Below are positions 23,641 to 36,894 of a stretch of 64,000 nt of DNA, piece after piece. Positions within the stretch are counted from its first letter, which is position 1, and each line of letters opens with the position of its first letter. Below the pieces are notes generated by a model. The model worked only from the letters and a program-made list of their open reading frames with translations, had not been told where the DNA came from and searched no databases. The position numbers and the translations under genes are program-made. Source of the DNA: Botryllus schlosseri (Eukaryota); assembly GCA_051294905.1 (NCBI GenBank), contig CM119380.1:558001-622000 (forward strand). Direction: 5' to 3'.

Positions 23641-25299
23641 TGCCATATGCTGCCGTATAGTTTTATTTTACGGATGCAGATGCAAATACGCGATATCGAT
23701 AATGGTCGCTGTACCGACAACGCTGCGGACCAATGATCGGCTAGGAGATTAGAAAATCCGATCGTAAAACTGTCACTGACGCCCAAACCCATTTGCCTTA
23801 TTTGAAAGGGTCGTGATGTGATGACCGGGAGATCTTTCATTTTAACCGGGTTTATACTTTGGTACCGCGTTTTTTTTTTATACAACAGTGCATAACTGGC
23901 TAACGTATAGCAAATGGCCGATAAATTGTCACTATACAATGTTGTAACCGCATAGTTGTTCATTTATTGAAGAGATGAGAAAGGAAAACATGCAGTCTTG
24001 GGTAGTCAGGATTGCCTGAAGACTTCCGTGAGTTGTGCTCGACAGATTACACCATGGTACAAAAATTAGTGAAGTCGATTTCCTATGTCATATTCCTTGA
24101 TAAACATGTTTCCAGCATCATTTTTTGCCACAAGTGTCGTTCAAAAATGTTATGTTAAGCTTTTTAATCATACCGAACCATGTTTTTCAAGCTCCTTATT
24201 AACTGTGACGTCACATTGATCCGGCATTCAGTTCATAACGGTTGGTTGTTAGCAACAATCATCGTCTCAGTCTGACTTAAGCAACAATCATCGTCTTAGT
24301 CAGTCAGTCAGTATTGGCTACAGAAAGCAATCTCAAATTCCTTTTCATTTGATTCTGTTTATACTCACTGCACTGATCCTTATACTCACTGCACTGATTG
24401 CGGATCTAGTGAGTATAATCTCAGCATTAATGTCAACATCACAAATGTAATCTGCCTGCTGACTGTTTTTGCTATATCTGTGTTCTGTATATCAGATGTA
24501 CAAAATGTAGATAGAAGTAAGGTTTTTCATACTTATTAACTTTACTTTCGTATGAAAACTGAAAAGTCTGAAACTGGAGAACAAGATGAAAAACAGGCAT
24601 TTCATGTAATCTGCGAAACAAGCCGTTGGAATATGGGGAGATCGACATTCCAATGTCATTTGCTATTAAAGAATCTGGTCATTTACTATTAAAGAATCTG
24701 AAACAAAATTTCGAAACCTTAGAGATGATGACTGTTATTTCTGTATGGCTGACACTCCAATATTCAGAATGACTGAAATGACCTAACATTAACTCCAAGG
24801 ATGTAACTAGGGAACATGTTGAATTCATCGTGTCGATGTACTTCGTCGAGTAAAGGGCATGAACGATAGCTGGTATTTCTGCTCCATAGTCCATAGGAGA
24901 AGTTTTCTCATTTCAAAGACGCAAGTCACGCACAAAAACCACTTCTGACGATTTTTAAAGTGTTGCAACGTTACTTGATGCATGAGTAAGCTATATTTGT
25001 TTATATTATCCTTTTTATTTGCATTTGTTTACGTCCATTAAAGAATTATTGTGATTAATGTGGAGCAATGAGTAAAATGAAAAACTAAAGAAATTGACAT
25101 TTCTTCCACATTTGGGACACACTTCAGGAAAAATTTTGGTATTTTGTTTGGAATACTAAGACACTATACATAAAAATTTCAAACTTTTGCAAAATTTTGT
25201 TACATTGTGTTATTATTCAACCGGATTGACCGTTATATCCCATCCAATTTTTCATGCTAATGCGGCTCATCACACGAAAATTAACCAGCATGAAACAGA

Positions 25300-26330
25300 T
25301 AAAGACTATCTTACTACACAAAGGCAGTAGATTGGATGGTATTAGACCTTGCAAAATTTTACAAATCTTGACGTAGGCTATCCCATTATTCTTTCTGCGT
25401 GTACTCGCCTTGAGGACACGGCGAAATTCGCTTTTCGCTCTGATGCGCCAAGCCTTTCCCGCCCTTTCAAAAGGAGCAAGTAGATCCTGGACTAAAAATC
25501 ACCTTGTCCGCCATAGCACGATCGGGATCGCATATCTGAAATATGGATGATGCATTCCAAGGCTTGATTGCTCAATCATTTGCGTGTCACTGGTTGATCA
25601 TATATATTAATTAATTTTGGCGTTGCTCCAACAGGCACTTGAATCGTGTTTCGGTTTTTGTACGTCGAAAGGGTTAGTTTCTGGGCATTGATATTGGAGG
25701 GTTTTTCTATGGGAATTTCCGTAGAATCAATTATTACTCTAGTACTGGGAAATTACTTCTTGAAACTTTCACGCATGGCATATGGTTGATTTTGTTGGCC
25801 AAATATTCATTTGTTTCAAGGTCGAATTTGAATGCTCAATCCAGAATTTGAAGATTTTTGAAACCGTGGCATCCGGCATATCAAACATGTAAGGTAGTAA
25901 CGGATGATCAAGGTTCAGGCGCAGTTTTTCAAGACAAGGAATAGACAATAAATAGCATTGAGCAAAGGTATTTGGGTTTTCCCGAGTAAAATGTATATCA
26001 TGAAACAACCTGATTGATATGCGCAAAATTCTCGAAGCCAGTGAAGTACTGTATCCCTTCTGTTGTCAGATTTCAAATAAGCCACGCGAATTTGTGGACG
26101 TGCGGACAGCATACTTTCAAGGGTCAAATGTCTATTATCGACAGCGTCTGTCTGTGTACTTTGTGTAGAGACAGTAGTATGTTCGATTGGTATCAAATCT
26201 GACGATTCTTCGTCAGTTTATAAAATTTGCGGTTGCGTGGTTAACGATGGGACTGAGTGATTATGCTGGGACCGTCGTATCACCAGGCTTCGAAGGTCGA
26301 TCAGCAAATACTGTCGGTACAGCACAGCTC
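25300..26330 (-). pseudogene. ISL2EU-type transposase relic (THAP end, HTH_Tnp_4, DDE_Tnp_4)
   Basis: KLRLNLDHPLLPYMF...TVSKIFKFWI...IWP, FPSTRVIIDSTEIPIEKP...STYKNRNT...VGATP, RVHAERIMG. Confidence 0.8.
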
Positions 26331-27210
26331 CTGGTATCAAAATAGGCGTGACTCGTAGTCGAGTCACGCCTATGTTTTAAATATCTACCTGAGAAGCAAC
26401 TGAAACATCTGCAAGTCGTGCTGATGATCACGCTGTCTCACTTCTCGCTCTTTTGCTATCTCTCATCTCTAAAAATTTCTGCAAGTCACTACTTGACATC
26501 TCAAATTGCATTAGAATGCAGTTTTGTTCTATTATCGGCCTTGCCAATTATACAAGAACACTTTGTATTGACTATTACCTTCATACTAGGCCGTACTGAG
26601 CATTATGTTGTACGTATTGTAAGACTGTCCGTCCATAATCGATTTACCTGAAACTTGATCAAGCGGTCAATCAATTCTTTTTTCTGCTCTACTTTGGCTC
26701 TCTTCCAATAAGACCTTACATGGAATAGAACCAATTAAAATATGATTTGCACATTCATGTTCAAAGTCCATACTCACGCATTTCTTCAGACAGATCTCTA
26801 GCTCTTCTCTTCGTAAGCCATGTAAGACAGTTGACACACGATAACTGTAACTAATTAACGAACTTCGAAATTCAAGAGTATAACTTTTATAACTAAATTT
26901 TGTAATATCATATTACAATGTATACATTGTAAGAGAAGAACGTGAATAGGCTCGTCTGGTCGAGAGAGAAGATGGTGTTTCTCAGCGCCAGCTTGTCGAA
27001 ATCGACGCCGTAAACGAGCTTGCTTCGATTGTCTGATTACTAATCACGGGTTACAATTTGTTTTAGGCGCTAGTTCGTCGTCGCCAACGAAGCTGCGTAT
27101 TCAATTATTCGCGCGCGTATTGGTTAAAGGTAAATAAATAGTTGGCATTTGAGCGCTATCAAGGACTCGCGAATTAACAGCCCTGTTGATTTGAAATCGC
27201 AGAGGGCGGG

Positions 27211-29712
27211 CCGGGGCCTACGATATTTACGGCCTTATCTGGTACATTACACTTGCAAGAGCTAACAGGCCGATGCTCACAAAACAGAAATTCGCGATTA
27301 CTCTTGACGTAATTAATAATGGGCGAAAGTTTTGATAGGACGATTACTCTCAACGTGACAATCGGCGATTGTCTCGTTTTCGCTTCTCATACCGGACTCT
27401 TCGCATATTGAAGCGAGTTTTCGAGTTGAAGGTTGACAGCTATGTTTCAAGTTGCCGTTTTTACCGTCTTATACTATTAGGCAGGCTACAGTAATGCGAT
27501 TGAAATACTCTGTAGCAGACCCCTCAAGTTTGAGTTGAAGTTTTTGAGCTCGTCGCCGCGTTTGAAATGGTACAGGATGATGCCGTGATTAGCTAAATGC
27601 TCCAGGGACGATATTCCGTATATAGTGCAGTGGAAAACGTTTAGCTGTCGTTTTGACCGGCTTACAGCGTGGCGTAGGATACCGCTATGCAGTGGTTTAA
27701 TAGTTCTTTATGGTGCGTATTATGTATATGGTGAAGAATTGCTGGTGAGCTTCACGTGGCCTTTCTTCCCGTTAATTTTGACTGATTGTATATACTTGGT
27801 GACTCAGGTTTAGCTTAAGGTAAAATAATTGATAATGGTCAATAAATGTTGTGCTTATGGTTGTATGGCTGGATATTTGACAACTAAACAAAAAGTTTCA
27901 ATTTCCATTCGAGGATTTAGAGTTACTAGAAATGGATATCTTTCGTGAATGGACGTGATTGGAGGCCAACGAAGAATTCTGTAATTTGTGCGTTGCACTT
28001 CGAAGCAAAGTACATTAAAGACTGTGGCTTTCGAAAAAATACTGCTCTTGGATAGAAAACCAGTTCCTACCATCCGATCGGAGCATGAGCTGCAACGGCC
28101 TTCATTGATCCCGACTATGACCCCTTACAGAAAACCACCGAAGAGAAGGATATTTCAGAATGATCAGTTGAAAGATTTTGAGCTGTCTGATAAAATGAGC
28201 AGTTTATAAGATTTGACCGAGTCCCACACTCCAGAAAGCTATACCATGTACAAAAGAGGGTAATCAATATGTAATGTTCTACCGTATGGAATTCAATGAT
28301 GACTAGGTGTGGCGTGGCGCATTATTCAACTTCCCGAAATATCTCAAAAATGTATGAGACATTGAGACAAATCCGAGAACAATTTACTGGAAGAACTTTT
28401 CGAGCCAAGAAATTTGTCTTTCCTCCATTCTCATTCGCCGTTGATTCTTCAGGTGTATCATCACCCAGCGGAGTTATTGCATGGAGCGATCTTCACAAAA
28501 TCAGGGAATCTCATGATAATGATTCGAATTTGCGGAAAGTGCCAAAAGTGATATATGCCTCGTTACATCCGAGCAATAACAAGCAGAATGTCAACTTAGC
28601 TCTTGCTCCATTCTATGAGTCGACTATTGCAGCTTGCAAAAGTTACTTGCCTCTCATGGAAGATATGGCTTCATTCTTGAACCTGATTAATGCTCGGTTG
28701 ACGATTCTCACGGTATAGGCAAATGTGTGTGGGGAGGTTTCTGGTTGGTTCAACATAAGTTACCAATTCTGAAAAGATAATACTGCTCTGTTCCATCCTA
28801 AAAATCGACATCAAGCTCAACTCATTTTTACCATTTCGAAAAAGTCATTGAAGAAGTGGCTATTGAAATAACCGAATCATTTCTATCTCCTTACAGTGAG
28901 AAGGTGTCGTGTGTAGTTGCTGAGTAAATTGGAAAGCAAGTTCACGCTATTTCGACTTACTCGATCGTGGGGACTGCTTACTCCCTCAGAACCACTTGCC
29001 GAGTTTTTTCATCCAGTTTTTTAATCCTAGATTGGTCTGATAAAATCATCTGCCCTCACCCTAAGTCGCAGTGAATAAGTTTTGCATCGTTTATTATTAT
29101 TATTATTATTTATTTTGGGGGGACTTTGCATGTTATGATAATCGAGATCAAGCTTTGAAATTGGCGACAAAATCATTGTGAATATATATTACAATAACAA
29201 GCAGAAGCTAGTTAATGCCTCTGTGAGAAAAATGCTTTAAAAACGGACTTTAAAACGACGACAGTTGAGCAAGACATTGCTTGCATTCTTCGGTGATGCA
29301 TTTCATTCTCATTACCGGTACTTATGGCCGTAGCTTGTACGCTGCAAGTTTGTTTTTGATACAAGTTGGTTATTGCAAGTAGTTTCTTATATGACATGTG
29401 TACCAATTCGTCTTCAAGTGCTTGAATTGATTTTACCATGCAATAAAATGGTTTACATGAGCATGTCGGTGTTTTCTCACTACTTACCCTACTTCTGCAA
29501 TCGGTGGATAACTGCATCTACGAGGCTGTCTCTTGCCACTTTTTGACGGTAAGGTACTAATTTGACCTGTTGTACGAATACATACAGCTTATTTGAGGCG
29601 AGGCGTCTAGTAGCGAGAAGCGAAATCGCGAATTTCTGTTTTGTGAGCATCGGCCTGCTAGCTCTTGCAATCGTAATGTACCAGATAAGGCCGTGAATAT
29701 CGTAGGCCCCGG
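27211..29712 (+). mobile_element. P-element-like THAP DNA transposon, decayed
   Basis: ~90-bp TIR CCGGGGCCTACGATATT(T/C)ACGGCCTTATCTGG... at both ends. THAP: VNKCCAYGC...WISFVNGRDWRPTKNSVICALHFE...PVPTI. Transposase: KKFVFPPF...WSDLHKI...LHPSNNKQNVNLALA. Flanks GCGGG / GCGGG. Confidence 0.8.
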
Positions 29713-29899
29713 GCGGGCGTATAATCTTGTTGTATGGGGTGGCCGCCACCCCATAAATGTTTCATGGAGTGGCTGGGCCACCCCGTAACTCGGCGCCTAT
29801 GCCTATGGCGTGTCAACACGGAGAAATCGTTCACAGAAGCATGCCATATCAGATATGATACACCCCTTTCAAAAGGGTCAAAAAAGAATTGTGCGGTCT

Positions 29900-30520
29900 A
29901 TTGGGTGATATACGCAAGCTGGTTTCGTCAGACGGAGGGGATCAATATCATACGTTGGCAAGTCGATGGCCAAGCAAATTCAGAGCATATTTCGACAAGC
30001 ATTTTAAAGGGTGACATTTCTAAAAATACCTGCAGATTTAGAACCAAGCATTTCACCACTTTTAGTGAGGGCCCAACCACAGTGAATCTATGAATAACAA
30101 CGTTTTGAAGCCTCCGAGCGGGCGCAAGGAAATGGCGTTGGGTGCTATTATGTTGTGGCTTAATCAACTGCAAACCGGCTATTTGGAATGATTTTTACCG
30201 CGCGGAATGCGGAATCAAAAATTGTTTGGATTCTCGTCGACAAATGGGTTTTCTCCGTTGCTTCAATGAGTCAACGCCAAATTCATTGCGTTGTACTACC
30301 CGAATCCCCGTCTTGTACTTGCCCAAGCGCTACGACATGCTATCTTATCCTAGCTGTAGCGATGGCGCTCGGAGACAACAGCATACAGAAAGGTCGCCTG
30401 CATTTTGAGTCAGCTCCTGATAAATCGCAAGGATCGAACCAGCAGGAAGTCTGGTCGATAAAGGCCTCGCCAAGGAAAACACACCAACTGACCATTCAAC
30501 TTCCAAAAAACAGTCACCCT
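29900..30520 (+). pseudogene. Mutator/MULE transposase C-terminal relic with SWIM zinc finger
   Basis: VASMSQRQIHCVVLPESPSCTCPSATTCYLILAV (CxC...CxH-like, with His lost). Confidence 0.65.
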
Positions 30521-30599
30521 GGCAACAGCCTTCGAATCCAGATCCATCGATGATATCCGATGAAGACATGTCTGAAATGAATGAAGAAGCACTGCCATT

Positions 30600-32640
30600 G
30601 GACTTGACGACCGACTCCGTCAAGCTGCTCGCCACCAATGATTACCCTTGCTTTCGTCGTCTGCGGATAACAATCCGGTGCATGATTCACGCCAATGCTG
30701 GAAACCTGGACAATGGTTAGATTGCAACAACAGAGCGATCAATAGAAGCATTTTGCATCGCAAAATCTTCGATTCTATTTTTCAATTTGTTTCTGTACGG
30801 ATATGCAGAACATAATCGCAATGCATCCATCGGGACCGCAAAACATCTGTCCAGGAAGAGGGTGTAAGGCTATTGTCAGATATCAGCGTCTTCCATTTGG
30901 AGGGTTCTAGATGAATCCAATACTCACTCCGAACGTTATCACGAGTATAGCCATCAATATTTTCGAGGGGTGAGAAGTTATATTTGCAGCCAGGGAAACT
31001 GCAGACGGTTCAGTGCGGAAGGGATTTGGTAATTTGTGGGCGGTGAGTCGTGACCGGGGAACTCATGATCTAATTCGGCCTCATCAGAACGAGAGGGCTT
31101 ATCCATGAACGAGAGGCTTATCCTTATCATACACAAATCCCGGACACCACGTGTCACCACAACGCGCTCCCCGTAGCCTACATATCGGTCGCTGCTCCCT
31201 AGTAGCAGTTACTCATGTACTTCACAAGAGGTTCAGGCGTACCCATCAGTCGGGCCGCCCGCAGAATGCTGTCGTTCTTGACCGAATCGAACCCTTCTTG
31301 AGATCCAGAGCACGCACAGGTTGGACCCCATGGCCTTGGCCTCTACGATCATCGTATCCAGTTACGTGACATACTCCGCGCAACCGTCAGTAGGGAGGAA
31401 CGCCATCTGCGTGGGATTAAGTTCAAAGTCCATGGTAAGACGAGAGTCCAGCACCTTGTGGAACACCCGGACCAGCATCGGGCCAATAGTAATCGGCCGG
31501 TACTCGCCGGGTGCACTTGTGCTGTTAACCTTGAGGACCAACACGGTCCAGGCTGAGCGACTTAGGCATCTCGCGGCTTAGGATATACTGAATGAACAGC
31601 TTGACCAGGCAATTGCGGACATCTTCTTGACGCAGCGGAGTGTCATCCCATCCGGGCATTCTGCCGAATGGCGAGAGGATCGCAAGGCTATGGTCATCTC
31701 CTTTGCTTTCACCGCAGATATCAATTCCCATATAGCTTCCCCTTCCGGGCTAGTCTGTCTGCTATCAATGCCAGCCTCGACACTCATGATCTTGCGCCTG
31801 AAGTTGATCATTTCTGACCTGGACGGTTGCCCGAAGGTTCCCCCACCCAAGACCAGACGCGCACACGACTTCCTGGATTTTGCGTACAACCGTTGTACGA
31901 CCGCGTAGCTATCCCTTCGGAGGGATTTTTCTCATCGGGCGCCCTTGCTAGGGGGCTTCCTCGATGTCCAAGAGTTCGATAGCAAGTTGTTCAGCAATCA
32001 ACTGATCTAGGACGCCTTCTCCACCAGGGTCCTCGGGTTCCACGGGATCACAGGAATTCACGTAGTTTTTAATCCCAATCACCTAGAGCTTTGACCGACC
32101 TGCACTGGCTCCGGGGTTCACCGTCCCCCCTTCCATTGACGTGGCTTCTGCGACCCCGACTGCGGGGACTTGGGTAGCCGGACCACTTGCCGCACCGTAA
32201 CTCATGGATGTTGGGATCCCACTGCTCTTGGGATCAGGGTCCCGCTTGTCCATCAGCCGCACCAGAAACCTTAGGGAACCCAGCCCATTTGCCGCACTGT
32301 GCTTCTCTGTACTTGTGGAACGTTGCTGAAGGGGTCCTTGGGGTTGCATTCCTTCGGCCGCACTGCTCCCCACAAAGCTGGGGTCCAGTCTGGGACTCAT
32401 ACGAGCTATTGGCCGCCTCGGTTTCCATTCTCTCCACAATTTCCCAGCACTTCTTTGTTTTTCTATGACATCGAATGGCTTCCATGCTCCGCTCAAAGTT
32501 GAGTGCCCGCCGAAAGACCTGGTAGTCAATCTTTCCGCTGGAGTTCCTGAGGCGCAATTCTTCATCGGTAAGAACCTGCTCCTCTTCGGGACACCACTGC
32601 CGCCTTTTGTTCGCGATTATCGCAACCGCTTCCGCCGCAA
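30600..32640 (-). mobile_element. R2-like (RLE-clade) non-LTR retrotransposon, decayed and internally deleted
   Basis: Myb-like KRRQWCPEEEQVL...RSMEAIRCHRK. YAVVQRLYAK. SAECPDG...RTVLV..PGEYRPITIGPMLVRVFHKVL...QMAFLPTDGCAE. LDLKKGFDSV...TRGVR. CDAKC and a PD-like relic toward 30650-30760. Confidence 0.85.
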
Positions 32641-32756
32641 AGATAGAATTCAATAATAATGTCATTCAGAAATTCTCCCTCGTTGAGACGGAAACAATCC
32701 TTCTTAGTCACAGTGGCCCCACGATTTAGGGGAGGAGGGGGATAAATGAAGAGTAT
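32640..32756 (-). pseudogene. Ulp1/SENP6-7-like SUMO protease fragment (39 codons)
   Basis: ILFIYPPPPLNRGATVTKKDCFRLNEGEFLNDIIIEFYL resembles the start of a peptidase C48 domain. Confidence 0.7.
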
Positions 32757-33344
32757 TTTTCGTGGCGACAATCCACAAGCAGGCGGGGAATTGGGATGAT
32801 GTACCACTTGCGGACATTTCGCAGGGGGCAGGATACACCGGGACCCAAGCCGGCCGCCCGAGGTAGGTAGGTAGGGGGACATTTGCATCTTGCGACAACG
32901 AACTCAACTCTTGTTCGCAGGATGACTCCTGTTCTTTCGCCGACGAACTTGCTCTTTTATATTCAGAATTTTCTGCTTGTTGCGAGATAGTAGCAGGAGG
33001 AGCATGGTAGCTTGCTCCTTTATCTCAGCTTCCGTCATCTTCTTTCCATAATGTTGATGAAGGACCAGAATTCCCTATTGGCGTGTCGTTAATGGCTTCT
33101 TCGGTATATTTTGTCAAACATCGGCGATTACTTCATTCGTGCATTTGCGTTGGAAAGTTATTTTTATCAATAAGCTCGGTACCGGTATTCAATATTCAGT
33201 TGAGGCATGTATGCCTGCATTTTCTTTCAACTGGTTGTAAAATATTGAATTAGTTTATATACATCAGTTGAATTACGCGTGCTGATCCACTTATGCACCA
33301 TTCCTTCTGAGGCTAATTCGGCAATGTGTATATAACCTGACAGG

Positions 33345-35400
33345 TGACTTTCCGCTGCAAGAGACTATTGATATTTGTGACAACGCGCTGTACGGTGGTA
33401 AGGTACTGCCACCATCAATCCCGCGTAACGTCTTCGTTGAACTTTTACAAGTGGCAACTTGTTCCGTTGAGTTTAGCTTTAACGGGGTAATGTATAGACA
33501 ACCAGACGATGTGGCTATGGGCAGTCCCCTGGGACCTATTAAGGCTGTATCAGACGAGGCGATGTCGGCCGATAATTTCTCTACCATCATGTGAGAGATC
33601 GTTGCACTTGATTAGTTTCAGAAGGCGTTGACCCGTTGCATTTAAACCTGCTCGGGGATGATTGACATCTGCGAATCGGTTTTTTGTTGTTGTACAGGTC
33701 AGGTACACTGTACTGTACAACGTACATACTACCGTATTATGATCAGTGATGGGCGGATAGTGATTTCTGAGAATCCGAATCCATCCGACAGCTCAAAGCT
33801 CTGATGAGCAATCCTTCCGAATACGAACAATCTCATCCAAATACCCATGCAAATCCGAAAAATCTTGTCCATAATCCAGAAAATCCGAACAGAATAAATA
33901 GTCCGAAGAATCCCAATTGTGCAGCAGAGTTAGATACATTTAGGGCCTAGAGTTGGCTGGTTTATATTTGCTTGGACCTTTGACAAAACAACTTTAGAGT
34001 GCTACCAGTCCTATAACAAGGGGTATACTGTCCGTTTTGGTTGTCGAGCTGACGATTTTTTTCTTTCGACTTGAAGTCAAAAGTCACGTCTGGTCAAAAT
34101 TATCCGGAAACAAAGTTACAACTAGCCGAAAATATTCGAAACTAATTCTGCAATATGGTTATGATGTCTGTCCAATGTGTTCATGCTGCAATGTCTTGTC
34201 GAATGAAACCTTCTCTGAACCATGGTAGTATGGTATTTGTAAGGGTAGGTCAAAAAAGTTGAAGGTAGCACGAGTTTTGACTGCCATGATAGCTGTAGAA
34301 GAATATGCGCGTGCTGATGCTACTCGAAGGTGGTGGATGCATCCGATTTTGCAACGCCGGCTTATACTGGATAAGTGGAGCGGCTCAATAATTTAGTACT
34401 ACATCGCAGTAATTCGTTTCGCAATGCCTCGCCAGAAGGTCCGTCCGGCAAACGGCTTGAGCAAAAGTGACGCTATTCAAGTCCCGACACTGGTTTATAT
34501 ATGGATACGCATGAGCGCATCTCTCACTTCTCTCATCGCCGGCGATGTCGCCGAGTTAATTGACACTGTCAATTAAAATCGGCGGCGATTCGGCCGATGG
34601 CAGCGATGATAAAACAAACACTAACGCTCCGCCGACATCGCCTCGTCTGATACAGCCTTTACGGTTGACAGCGTGAGTCCGTCAAACCACTGTTGTATCG
34701 CCGATATGTAGATTATACTTTTGTGATATGCATGAATGAGTCGGAGTGTGTGATGAATTTCTCATTCGCTTGAACTCGCTTCACCCGGCCTTGCAATTCT
34801 CAATTGAAAAATAACTCAATAACTCATCATTTCTGGACGTTTTAGTCGAAAAGCGCAATACCAACAAATTTGAAACGCCTGTCTTCAGGGAACCGACATT
34901 CACAAGACAATACCTTCGTTGGAATTCATTTAGTCCTCGACGCAGAAAGATTAACCTCATATGTTCGGGTAACAAACTCAGTTTAGAACTTGACACAATC
35001 CGAAAAATCTTACTTTGATAACGGTTACCCTGAACACGTCATCAGCCGCGGCATAGAGGGGAAATTACCGCAATTCTACGCATAAAAATCGACAGAGCCC
35101 ATCGAACGAACAATAAAATATTTCTGCGGTCAGTAAGTGTTACGACACAGTCAAAACCAATGTGATTTTTACGACAACACAACTGCTTCCTTCAACACGC
35201 AAAGACGTGCTGTGCTCTTCAACAAAGTAATGTAGTGTACGAATATAAGGGCCACCGTGATTGTGGCTACGTGGGAAGAACGTCAAAACTACTGCAGGAA
35301 CGCATAAACCAACATGTCTCCAGATTTATCAGAACACGTGCATCATGCTCAGTGAAAAGCTCATCCGCTTAAGCTTGATGCTGACCGATCAAAGGCCGTT
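33345..35400 (+). mobile_element. Penelope-like element (RT + GIY-YIG), decayed and split by a Harbinger MITE
   Basis: PLQETIDIC...EFSFNGVMYRQPDDVAMGSPLGP | YRRYVDYTF, LNSLHPALQFSIE, VFREPTFTRQYLRWNSFSP, SNVVYEYKGHRDCGYVGRT...ERINQH. Confidence 0.9.
33542..34658. mobile_element. Non-autonomous PIF/Harbinger element, copy 2
   Basis: Same TIR as 102-1257. TSD TTA (33539-33541, 34659-34661). Inserted right after the Penelope GSPLGP motif. Confidence 0.92.
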
Positions 35401-36894
35401 AATTCTGCCATCGGCATACATATGTACTGGCATTCTCCGTTGATGCCCCATCATCACTGATAAGGACGAGGGACCGATTAGAAATTCACTGCGTGGCAGA
35501 AAATAATGAAATCGTGGAACTTTGTATGTGAATTGATTGGAAAGTGTCTACCAATCATCATAGAAGTATTCGTAGATGAAAGTAGGTAGAAAGCTTTTAT
35601 TTACTGTTGAAACAAGTGTGATTTCGAAAGTGCCCTGCTGGTTTGCGTCTTTTTGTTGATTCTTCCAACCGTTTCTACAATTTTTCATAATTGGCAATGA
35701 AATTGTCGATTGATGCTTTCTGCATCACCCAGCGAGTCGGGCATAGCGGCCGGAGCGAAGGTAACGCTTGTTCAATTTCATCGTCATCAGTGTTCGTGTT
35801 AGGAAAAAGCCTTCAAGCATTCCAGTCGTTTTGGCGAATTTCTCACGAACTTAGATACCTCGTGTAGTATGCGTAATGCATTCGCACCTTCGGTGAAAGA
35901 CTGGCTTTGCTATTTTGGACTACAAGATTGAGATGATGTCCCATACAATATATGTAAGTAGCTTTTGGAGCAACTCGCTTAATTCTAGCTTGGACACCAT
36001 TAATGCGCCCTTTCATATTGGCTACCCACTCATTAGGGCTGGGCAAAATCGAGAACCTTAGTGATTCAATTCTGATTCGCGTATTATGCCTCGAGTCGAG
36101 TATCACTCATTACGACGTCACAACAAATTTGTTATGTCAAAGTCTAAATATGTACCTTTTGTGCCACCACAAAGAATATAATGCCTGTGATCAGTGGTGG
36201 CCTTACGATTGGGGGGGGGGGGGGGGGCTAGGCGAAACTTCCGGGGGTGGGCCCTCCTTATCTATATTATCGCAACTTCTGGGGGGCTAAGCCCTCCAGA
36301 CCCCCCTCACTAGCGCTTAACGATACTTTTATTGTTCTACACCACGTATACACTGTTCCGGTAGTGCTTTGTCTGTACATCATGTTGAAACTTTCAGCAT
36401 ATAAAATAATTATAATGTCATGCCACAGTGCAATAAACGACTTGGCATATTCGAAAACAAGTGACTCAAGTGAACTACAGCGCGTGCCCAGACCCACCTA
36501 TGTAGAAGAATTACGGGAAGTAGCATGACATAATAGTATAACAAGGCAAGCAACTGCACGCCAAATATACCACATAAATCCAGAAAGCTGTCGGCTGACA
36601 TTAGTAATAAGCCAGCACACCACGTCAAGGTTTCAGCCAGGTGCTGGATTGGGCCTATCTTTTTGCTACAAAGAAGATTTTGTTGCATGATAAGGCATAA
36701 AAGCAAAATGTGCGGCAATGTGGTACAACACCAGTAATACCACAGGAACACATCATTACTGGTATCACCTGTGAAGAGCTAGTTCCATGATCTGTAAGAA
36801 TATAGCTTTCAATACAACATCCATTGTAATATAATATTTATTGAACTCGGATAATTTTTGGGTGCCTCTCTTCAAGAGTTAACTGCACACCTAA

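Noticed and set aside
32640-32756. Functional host SENP gene
   Set aside because: Only 39 codons, no catalytic triad, and no further exons seen.
30600-32900. 28S rDNA target site or a 5' HDV-like ribozyme for the R2-like element
   Set aside because: Neither the canonical 28S target sequence nor a ribozyme fold is recognisable.
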